This document shows positions 24,044-34,647 of a DNA stretch of 64,000 bases, piece after piece. The DNA comes from Klebsormidium nitens (taxonomy: Eukaryota > Plantae > Klebsormidiophyceae): assembly GCA_000708835.1 (NCBI GenBank), contig DF237322.1, positions 26,139-90,138 on the forward strand. The letters are read 5' to 3'. The position numbers were made by a program, and so were the translations under genes. Each line of letters starts with the position of its first letter. The stretch's first letter is position 1. The notes under the pieces are model-generated. The model searched no databases. It was not told the origin of the DNA and worked only from the letters and a program-made list of their open reading frames with translations.

Positions 24044-25446
24044 GGTAATTGACAAAGAGTGACTTGTCCTTGTCTCGAGGGAGTTGCCACAATCGAATCC
24101 CCAGGATCGATCAGCCAGACTTTATAATGAAATACGGTACCGGCGTATTGCCCCGGTCGGACGGACCCGCTAGACCCGATCTCCATCCGACACTCCCGAA
24201 AGCTGACCAACGAGTCACGGCGACTCACGACTCAGCTCACGTCCCAAGAGCAAACCAAGCGAACCGGTTCTGCAGCAAAACTCTGTCACTTTCATGGTTT
24301 TACACGGTCCCATCGGCCGGGACAGACTCATGCTGTGCTCGGCGCTCGCAGCTCGACGACTGTAGCCGCTGGCCGGTAGTCGGATACCTACCGTGTATTG
24401 TACCTATGTACAACAAACCGGACCAGGCAACGCCGTTCACACCAAACGATACAGAGTTTAGAAGGCTCGCATAAGACAAGGAAGTTGCCGTCCGCCCAAG
24501 TGAATGAGGATCAAATCGGTACCGGTACCTTCGTAACCATTGGGTGCGATTCGGGTTTGGCCAGTACAGGGACTGGTACAATATTACTGACTACGGTACC
24601 TTGCAAGTTGCGGCCAACTGATAAAGATATTAGTACTGGTACGTTCAAAAGTTCCGAGAGTTTGCATTCCTCGGAATCCACATTACAAGTCCTTGTGGCC
24701 ATCCATTGCCAGTTTTTGCAAGACTTTGAACGGGTAAAATTAAGTTGAGAGGAATAGTAGAAGTCATACCATTCAACATCTACCAGCTCGTCGTGCCATC
24801 TACCGGTACAGCGCGCTTGACGGTCGTTCCAATTCCAGATCGGTCAGTCAAAAGTTCCGAGTCAGTTTACGCGTATACCGCCGCCCGGCCGCGCGTGCCA
24901 CCTCGGCTACCGCCCCGCCCGGCCCTCACTTACAAAGGGCGGAGAACGGAGAGGCAACTAGATTGGCAGCACACTGTGCTGCACTCGGCATGCCATTTGA
25001 TCGATTTACCATGTACATTTTGCGCCGAGCGGGTTGAGACCGTCGGATCTTAATCTACAGATTTAGGTTCCTGATGATCAGGCTTGCAAACTTGACACAA
25101 TGTAGGCAGGAGCGTTCCGAGGCGACGGTTGTACCCCCTGGAGCGGACTAAAATCGCAGTCGACGGCCTGCGACTTTCAATCTCACGTGCGAACCCCCAT
25201 CGGAGGGCCTGCGACCGTCGGCCGACCTACATGAACCGCATAATACGACAAACACTTATGAATACACTGTATCGGTTTCTAGCGTCAGGTACGAGACACT
25301 ACCCACAAACCCTGCCCGATGCATACACCGACTTTGCTATAGCACTGCGAACCTCCTGGAAAAAAGGTCGTCCAGATTCTTCTCGCATAAGAGAATCGAC
25401 GGATTTCTAAGGGTAACAAGGCGGACGAACAAGCGAGGGTCCCTGT

Positions 25447-25588
25447 GACGCGGTCGCCAAGAAATTTGCGACGTCGTACTGCGGCATTGGACGACACCAT
25501 TCCGGAGGCTTTCGCCATTTTCAATAACGCGTACGCTCGCGCGCATCCGGGGCGCACACTAGACAGCAAGAAAATGGCATGCCAAAAA
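25447..25588 (+). repeat. Dispersed repeat copy A (inverted relative to copy B at 38691-38813)
   Basis: Shares an identical 42-bp block TCGCCAAGAAATTTGCGACGTCGTACTGCGGCATTGGACGAC and a similar downstream segment ending AAGAAAATGGCATGCCAAAAA. Copy A has about 20 extra bp. Confidence 0.85.
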
Positions 25589-26252
25589 AGTGGCCGGCCT
25601 AGCTGCAGGCCGGCCGAGGCATTGCAGAGTTGGGGACGAGAGGACTCAGAGGAGGTTTATGTCCAATCGGGAATCACATGTCAGCTCTTGCGCTGTTGTA
25701 GTAATCTCGTTCGCGCATCTGCACGCAATTGCAGGCTCGTGCTATCCAATGCATCGATCTACCGCATCGGGCTGCCCATTTGATCATAGCACTTCAGGTG
25801 CAAGGCCTCTTGCGCTGTCAGGATCTGTCGATTGTGGAGATTCGTTCATGATCGCAACATCAGGACCTATACCTATATCACTGAGGAGTTCCTATTCTGT
25901 TGCAAGACCAAGTCTCGATCGGAATGGTTCCCCGCCACTCACTCGCCAAAAGCATCACCAAAAACATTTGTAAGACATAGCCGTTCCAGCACCTTAAGCC
26001 TGACATTTTCAATGCTTGATTATGGAGAATCAAGTACAACCTCGACACAGAGCAGCAGGAACTGGTTTGGGAGTTCAACTGTACGTGAAAAGCAGTTGCT
26101 CTCCGCTTAGCCCTGTGCTCCTATGAACTTTGATATTGCGTATTCTTGCATACAGCTAGACCACTAGTCAGTCATCCTACGGCTAGCACTGCTTCCGCAT
26201 GAACGCAGAGCTAACAGGGAGTATCGACTGGCATGAAGAACCTGCGGGATGC

Positions 26253-29200
26253 TCATAGCATCGTCTGCAGGTCCGCATCTTGCTTGGCGAGTTCTAGAAG
26301 CATGGGGTCGTCGAAGAACTTGTTGATGCTGACGTCCTCGCTCATGCCCTTCCTCCTCCTGGTCTTGACCATGAATTCGCGCGCCAGCGCGTTGGCGGGG
26401 GCCGGCTCCAGCGGCCGCAGAACGATGGACTTGTCGAGGGGGTCGCCGGGGACGACCTGCCAATGGTCAAACACGGAGAGGCAGAAAGCCTGCCCCTGCG
26501 TGTGGTACCGCAGGTCTGTCTCGAAACCGAAGGACTCGATCACGGGAAGGAGCGCCTGCAGGTGGGACAACAAAGGGGGCTCAGACGAGGCAAGAGCCTT
26601 GCAAAGGAGGGCACCCGCAAAGAGCAGCAACGGCCGCTCGGAAACGCCCAAAAGATGACACCAGGAGCCATCGATATAGCGATCGCTCGTTGCTTGCAGA
26701 CAGAATCTGACTGACCTGAACGACGTAGAAGGGCGTGCCTGGCTTGGGCACGTCCTTGGTGACGTGGCCACGGCGGCGCAGCAGGACCGTGTAGATAGCC
26801 TGCATGCAGTCGGCGGGCGTCTGGATCTCGCAATAGTACACCGGCTCCATGAGGCGCGGCGTGGCCAGCAGGAACGCGCTGTACGCCACGCGCCGGGCCG
26901 TGGGGATCACCTGCCCGCCGCCACGGTGCAGCGGCTCGGGGGCGATGGTGGCGTCAATGATCTTGAACTTGACGTTGCGGATTGGCTCATCGCACAGGGG
27001 GCCCTCCCGCGTCCCCCACTGAAACCTGCGCACAAGCAGGGGCGGGGTCGGATCACAGATGGCAAACTCTCACGCAGGGAGGCTGGGGGACCGGCTGCCG
27101 AGAGGTTGAAGTCTTCTGATAGTTGCAACTACGGATGACGCTGCGTTAAGATGTATCAAGTCCAGCCCTGCAATGAATTGCTGAGGGCTCGACGCATGCA
27201 AAAGGGGACGCGCAGTGGACGTGCCCGGATTGCCAGCGCTCACCCTTGAACGATGGAGTCCTTGACGGCGGAGAGGAGGCCCTTGTCGACCTCGGACGCG
27301 AGCGTGTCGTCCAGCAGGATGTTGGGCCCCTGGCGGTCCGGCCCGAAGGCCCACACGGCGCGCGCGGCCAGCAGGTCCCAGTCGTACTTCTTCTGGAAAA
27401 ACTCGCCCACCTTGCGCTTGGGCCAGTCGAGCGACACGGCGCCGGCCTCGATGTCGTCCGCGAGGCCCGCCTCGAGCGGCTCCGCGATCATGGTCAGCTT
27501 GTTGCGCTTGTTGGGCGTCTCCGCAAAGCACTTGAGGCTAGACGTCTCCACCGCGGTCTCGCAGAAGGCGACGCCCGGGTCGGCGACCTTGACCTCCACC
27601 TCGCTGTACAGCTCGCGCAGGTCCTTGAGCATGCTGTCCAGCGCGAGCTCGCCCGTGCCGCACACCGTGTGCTCGCCGCTCTCCTCCACGCGCGTCACGG
27701 CCAGCGGGTAGCTCTTGCTGATCTTGCGCAGCGCCTCCACCATCTTGGGCAGCTCGCTCGGGTTCAGCGGCTCCACCGCCGTCTTGACCACGCTCACCGT
27801 GTTGAACGCCAACGGCGCGAAAATGTACACGTCCTCGTCCACGCCCGCCGCGCACAGCGTGGCTGCGCCGCGGATGCTCGCGTCCACGCCTTCGATCAGC
27901 ACCCACTGCCCCGCCCGCACCGAGCCCACGGCCACGCGGTACCTGCCACGCAGCACGCGACAGGGGCCGCTCAACAGGAGAACGAGCAACAGTCGGAAAA
28001 TACAGGACCCGCAGAGGAAATTACTGTCATGAGCGTCTGACAAAATCTGCACTCCTGTGTAACATTGGGATAGCTCCAGCTCGCTTGACCCAGGTGATAA
28101 GAGACGGACCCATGGTTTAACAGCAAGAAGACGAGCAGTGGCTGTCCTCGCACGGAGGATGCATATGGACGTCAAGAAGCGGCCACGCAAGACATGGCCC
28201 CTTCGTGCTGTCCAGGGACAAAAGCAGAAACCCGTTGCAAGCGGGCAATCGCACCTGGCCTGGTAGATCCAGAGCTTGGTGACGTCCTTGGTGGTCATGT
28301 CCTCCTCGTCTTCGGGCGTGTACCCCTCCCCCAGCACGCGCACCGCCGCGCCCGTCTGCAGCGTGCCGCTCATCACGCGCCCAAACGCGTCGAACGACGA
28401 CGTGTCCGCCTTGGGGTACTGCTTCGTCACGGCCACCATCAGCGGGCCCCCTGCATCGCACGCGCGCATCGCCTCTGCCAGCGCGCTCGTTTGCGGCCCC
28501 GTGTACGTGTGCGCTACCTGCATGCACCGACCACCCAACCCTGCATCAGTGGGCGGGCTACACGGCTGCAAACACAAGGACCCGTACTACCAGCGTGCCG
28601 CACCGGAGCGCCAGAAAGGGCTCCTTCTGTACCGGCTGCTGCCAAACCGGGTGTCGGGGGTTCAGCGGCCAGAATGCAAATGGAAGAGAGGGGAAAGGGC
28701 ACGGGGCAAAGAGGGCGGTGGCTGACCTTGGTTGCGGCGCCATCCTTGGGGGACGGGATGTGGCGCACAAGCATGTCGGCGAACCCGTGAGCGGAGCCAA
28801 AGACGGCGCTGCACGCCAGCTTCAGCAGCGGCTTCACGTTCAGCTTGTACGCTGCACACGGAGGGGGGGGGAAGCACTCAGGCGACACGGCAGGCAGGCA
28901 GCAACGCAGGGTAGAAGAAGTAGAGGCATTACTATGGCGAGGTCTTGTCCTATTCTTGTGCACTTAATCCTGGGTCCCGTTCCCGCATCTTGAGTCTGGA
29001 ATGTCATGATCTTGGATCTGACTTTTGGAATATGAACCAAAAAGGACGTTTACCAAAGTGGCGTCCTGAAGCTACTTAGTACCTCCCCGCTATCCTGCTC
29101 GGTAAACCTTGGGGGCACTTTACCGACTTTTCCGGGTTCACTTTCCACGTAGGAACAATTCTAACGGCCAGGGTAGATTATGATTGGCATTGGATCAAGA

Positions 29201-32200
29201 AACGGACGATGCAGACCTGCAGAAAGTGCGTCCTCACTCAATGAAAACTTGCAAAAAGTGGGACGCGGTATACGTGGCACGAGATTGGGGTCCGCGGGCT
29301 GCCGTGCGGAGGAGTGCGGCTCACCAGAAGGCTTGAGGGTGACGCCGAGCTGTGCCAGGGTGGCCTCCACGGCCTTGCGGTGCTCCCCGATGATCTGGCT
29401 GTACAGCTTGTACAGCGGCTCCAGGATGAACTGCACGAACGAGCGCTCCCCACCGCCCTCTGGCGGGCGCCGCTTGAATGCTGCAACACACAGGGGCAGC
29501 GTTAGAGCACCAAAAACGTACGTATAGCAAACACACTGCCACAAACCAATCCCCAGATAGCAGGCTCCCTTGCTCCCGTCCAGAAAGCCCGCAAACCTCG
29601 TTGCCTACATGACCTGTGGCACCTTCCAAAGGTGACGAATGGTTTCTGAGGGCACACATGCTGCTTGCCCACAGATGCTGCACGGCAAAGGCTGCGACTC
29701 ACAGCGCGTGGTGGGGTGGTAGTAGACGTCGCCCCACAGCTTGCTGGCAAATGCGTTCGTGTCCATGTCCACCCCGTGCAGTTCTGAATAAAGCGCCGCA
29801 AACGACTGCAGGCACCACAAGAGACACCAGGATGTCACGTGAGTGACACAGGCCGCCCTCAAAGGAACTGAGACGACTGCAACCGGTCATCTGCAGCATG
29901 GAACGATTTCAATACAATAGAACGTCAGGCACGCCAGGACAAGGTGTGCCCTCCTCCAGTGGCTGACCTGCCCTCCTGCGCTGCCCGCCTCACCTGCAGC
30001 GTGAAGGACCACCCCGCATTGGCTGCCGCAAACACGACGTTCCCTGCTGCGGGGTCCAGCTCGGGGGTGTCATCAGCGGTGCCGTAGGTGCGCAACAGCG
30101 CGTTGACCTCCTCCAGGGTGTGCCGCAGCTTGTGGTACGCGTCCGCGGGGGGCAGCTTCAGCTCCGTGATCAAGCGGTCCACCTTGTTGATCACCAGCAC
30201 CACCGGCACCCGCTCCGCCAGCGCGTGCCGCACCGCGCGCTGCGTGTTCAACTGCACGCCGCAACCACGGGGTCATACGCCGCCCACGCTTTGCTGCAAA
30301 AAGACGTAGCAGGCGAAAGAGCGGAAGAAGCTACCGTAACACGTTGTGCAAAAACTTTCCACTGCAGAGAAAAGCCTGGCGCTCTGCAACCTGCCTCCTT
30401 CCACAACCCACGGCATCTCCAAAGGGGTAGAGAGGCCCTGGCAGCGTGAGTGGGTGGGTGCGTGCTGACCATGACTCCCTCGACAGCATCCACGACGAGC
30501 ACGGCCCCATCAGCAAGGCGCAGCGCAGCCGTCATCTCGTCGGAGAAGTTGACGTGGCCGGGCGTGTCCATGGCGTTGACGAGGTAGCTCTTGCGCGCGC
30601 TCGTCTCCAGCACCAGCGACATGGGCACCGCCTTGAGGCTGATCCCGCGCTCCTGCTCGTCCACGCGCGTGTCTGTGTACCGCAGCGGGGCCTCAAAGTT
30701 CCTGCACAAGGGCCGCCGACGTCAGCGCAGGGACACTCGGGCACTGGATGATTGGAAGAGTGTCCCATTATCAGCACTTGCTTATGGTAGTCGTAAACCT
30801 CATGACTGATGGGAAGCCCTGCGGTGCCACTCTCTCTTCCATAGCCGTTTGACTTGAAATCTAGCTATTGCCAGAAAGAAATTTGCAAGAAAGTTGGAGA
30901 ACCAAATGTACAGATCTGTTGTAAGTCTTCTCAACAAATCAGTCTTGACGCAACTACCAGAGCATAAACCGGAGAAAGAACAGTTCTTAACAGGTTATAG
31001 CGCAACTACTCCAGTGCAAAGGGGAGAACAACAGGCACGGCTGCGACAGAGTGCCGGAGGCAGCTGTGGCGGCCATGGGAGTGTCACCTATCGGTGTGGT
31101 GGATCTGGTGCGTCTGCTCCACCAGCATGTCCATCAGCGACGTCTTGCCATGGTGCAGGTGCCCCACGAGCGCCACGTTGCGGATCAGCGCGGGGTTGCC
31201 CGCCAGGCCCACCAGGAACCTGCACACGCAACCACCACCGCGCCATCGCTCAAAACACCGCCTCGCACATGGGCGTAGTTTCCGCCAATTTACAGAGAAT
31301 TCAGGGGGAACATCCAACGCATGGATCATAGGCATCAGAGGCTGCCTGCCGCGCGTGCATGAGGGTGGTGCACGGCTCACTCGGTGGAGACGAGCGTGGG
31401 CGGCGCCTCGCGGTGCTTGACCTCCAGCTTGACCTCGCGCACCGGCTTGACGATGGGCACCTCCAGCGGCTGCGCGTCCTCCTCCATCACCAGCGTCTCC
31501 GTCTCCGGACCATACACCTGCAAACGAGCACGCGCCAGCATGGGGCCAGTCAGACCACAACCAACGGCCGGGAGAAGGTAACGCGCAGCAATATACAAGA
31601 AATTTGGCTCCGCTTGGCAAAATCGGTCTCCTAAGGCCCCTGACACTAGACGCGGTGCAGCAAACCTCAGGAGCGTCGTACCTCAATTGCGGTGGGGTAG
31701 TACTTCTTGTCCTCTGCTAAAACTACGGCGCCCTCCATATCGACTTCGTCATCTGCAACAAGCAAAGGAAAGGCAACATCAGAGGAAAGGCGACCCGATT
31801 ACGGATTGGCGCAGGCACCAGCAAGCCCTGCAACGGATACAACGGGCACAGTTCTGCAGGAAGCAGGTACAGGTCTACTGAAAGTGCAGTTGCACATTGC
31901 CACCACTTCAAGGATAATGTATGGCGGACAAGAATTAAAAACCACGTTCAAGCAACCAGCCCTGATGGGTCAGGAACGTGAAGACATATAAATACACCAG
32001 GAATGCCATAGCAACTCCGAAAGGCAAGCACGGCGATGAACAAGCCTACTTCATCAAGAGCGCTTGACGGAACTAGGTGCACTTAGACATGCACCATTAC
32101 CAAAAATAAGAGTGGAACCTGTCAGGCGCTGTTGCACTCGCCGGGATTGGTGCAGGGCGCATGGCGTGCATACCTTGGACCCTGTCACGGGCCCCGGCCT

Positions 32201-32363
32201 CTGCCTCGTCCATCCAGGCGTCCTCATCGTCCTCCACCACGCCATCGCGACCGCCCCGCCCATCCTGGGTCTCCTCATCCAGCTCTACCTGGTCCTCCTC
32301 ATCATCCGACTCGATCTCCGGACCAATGTAGTTCCCGAATTCATCATACAAGGAATCGTCCAT
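26253..32363 (-). CDS. EFTUD2: U5 snRNP 116-kDa EF-2-like GTPase (Snu114)
   Basis: [16 protein letters not shown] start, [105 protein letters not shown], and C-terminal [34 protein letters not shown]. Confidence 0.97.
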
Positions 32364-32501
32364 GCCAGCCAGCCAACAAGAACACAAAATACGTGATCAA
32401 AGAAGTATTGAGCAGCAACCTTCGAGAAACTACACCCTCCTATCTTGTCCTGCAACTTGCACGAGGCAGAGGTTGGCCACCTTTCGATTCGTCTCAATGT
32501 T

Positions 32502-32546
32502 GCCAATGGCGCCAATGCCAATGCCAAAGCCAGCGCCAGTGCCAAT
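32502..32546 (+). repeat. Imperfect GCCAAT hexamer tandem (CCAAT-box cluster) upstream of EFTUD2
   Basis: gccaatggcgccaatgccaatgccaaagccagcgccagtgccaat, 140-185 bp upstream of the ATG at 32363. Confidence 0.5.
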
Positions 32547-32797
32547 GGGCAAAGTCAACTGTCTATTCTGGGCAGGAGAGTGTGTCGACTTTCTGGACAT
32601 ACCCGTGGGCAATTTGCAAAACTACCGTAGGAATCAGGATGAAGAACCCTCAAGAGTCCTTGACAATTTCAAAGTGTGGCGAGTCGCGACAGTGTCAGTG
32701 TCAGAAGTTGGTTCAGGATAGCCAATGAGAGGGCTCAAAATTTGATCACATGGGTTCCACGTCGACCAGCCAGATGCACTGCACACTGCTCACAATG

Positions 32798-34309
32798 TGG
32801 GGACCCCGATTACGGGGCAAAAAGTTTCGCCGCGCCGTCCAGCCAAAATTTGACTTGCGGACGTGCCAAGGACCAGCTGCGGACGGTCCACGTGGATAGC
32901 ACTGTTGACGTCATGCCAGCTTCGGAGTGGCGTTCCGTACGGTACGAAATCTGATACCCCTTGAACTTTAAACCGCCGATCGAAATGTCCGGTCACATCG
33001 CACGGTTCAAATCAGCTAAATAAAATCGGGGCGGCCGCGCGGCGGCCGCGCTACTCAGCTCGCCGCGCACCCCGCACTAGCCTACGTACTATTGGTACTA
33101 TGCCTATACTACTTTGGGCATAGAGGCATAGACTGAGTCATACTTGTATCATCGAAGGTGCAAACGCTCAAAACCTCAATATTCTGAATATTATATATTC
33201 AAGGCTTCGCTTCCCTGCATCGTTTGAAAGAATCGACTTCCACCATGCACTGACCGGGCACTGACCATTTGACCATGGTCACACAATGGTAAGTGTTACT
33301 ACCGACCATGTTCGAATTCTCGAATGCCTTACTATCTTTGAATCTTAGTGCCATTTAATGGTAGTTTTGCTACCATGAAATGATTCGACGGAAATGGGAC
33401 CAAAGCCCTCTCACAAATTCCAAGTGACTGGCAAGACCCGGAATTCGTCGGCCAGACTGAGAGGTTGGTCTGGCACTATTTCTACGAGACTGCAGTATTG
33501 AAGCATTCAAACAACTTGTCAAGGGTTGTTACTAATCAGACTAATGCGGACTTGGAACATGTGAGAGTGGAGTTCCATGCACTTGGGTGGACAAGTCACA
33601 GTGGCTTGGTGCTAATTACCTGGGGGGCTCTGGGGCTAACTGGCACTGATCAACCTAGGCGATTTTGCCACGATTCTCTGATTTCCTTTCGGCATTTTGA
33701 TTGCCAAAATGTATAAGCTGCCACTCGAACACATAGCCAGCCACACGGATCCAAACGTAGGTCCTATGCGGTTTGTCCAAAGCTTCTATGTGGCTTGTGA
33801 GGCGTCAAATGCTAAAAAGTGTCATTTTCGGGCCCAAATGGTGAAATTCCACAGCCAAAACGTCTTCAAATAAGGCGCTGAAAGTTTGTGTGGGTCCGGG
33901 CCATCGTAGGGACTCATTTTGGTTGCATCGTTTACAGGGTCATGCCCAACGTCAAGCGTTGGCGGTCAAAATTTAGGGTTTTGACGTCTTCAAAGACGCA
34001 CCCACAAAGCACACGCTCTAGCAGTCATTTAGTTCGGGTTTCGACCAAACGATGCGACCAGAAACCAAGTTAAGGCCCAAACGAGGGCAGCCCCGAAGAA
34101 ATCCCAGTCAAATCTCAAAAATGGGCTGTGGAAATGGGGTTCAAAAACAGCAGATATGGGCTTATAGACACGCCGGAAGTCTCACTCGACCGACTCGCAC
34201 GCGCGACTCGGGCAAATCCGTACGGCGTACGTCAGCAGCCAAAATTCCCGAACTTCTTGGAAAATGCCATTCGGACGCCGAAAAACTTAGCCCATAATCG
34301 GGGTCCCCA
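32798..34309. mobile_element. Non-autonomous TIR DNA transposon (1512 bp) with 19-bp TIR and 7-bp flanking duplication
   Basis: Left end TGGGGACCCCGATTACGGG; reverse complement of right end TGGGGACCCCGATTATGGG (18/19 match). CACAATG flanks both sides (32791-32797 and 34310-34316). No long ORF inside. Confidence 0.8.
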
Positions 34310-34647
34310 CACAATGCACATGACTGTTGACAGGGCAAGCGTGCAAGCCTGATGCCAGTGATGGAAGGAAGCGTCAGGCTCTGCCGCTGCGCTGCGCCTG
34401 CACCACCATGCCAAAAATTGCTCAAGGAACACATGCGCGTTCAACCGCCAGTTCTCACCTGATTCTCCCTGCCAATGTATGACCATCCTAAATCAATATC
34501 TACAGAATTTAGCTTCCTGAGATCGTTGAACACACAAGGCAGGCCTGCCTGGGCATCTCTGCTGACGACAAGCAAGTGGTGCACGCGGGGGCAATGGGCG
34601 CTGCCAGCAGCATGTGGAGGCCTTGTGTTTTGAGGGTTTGATGCTGG

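Noticed and set aside
23638-24048. 136-aa ORF in the C3HDZ upstream region
   Set aside because: Coincides with the MITE-like element, begins at a non-ATG codon, and has no recognisable homology.
27246-28040. Plus-strand ORFs over EFTUD2
   Set aside because: Antisense shadows caused by GC3 bias.
33968-33982. TTTAGGG telo-box/telomere-like motif (also near 5589 and 12237)
   Set aside because: Single isolated copies expected by chance; no array.
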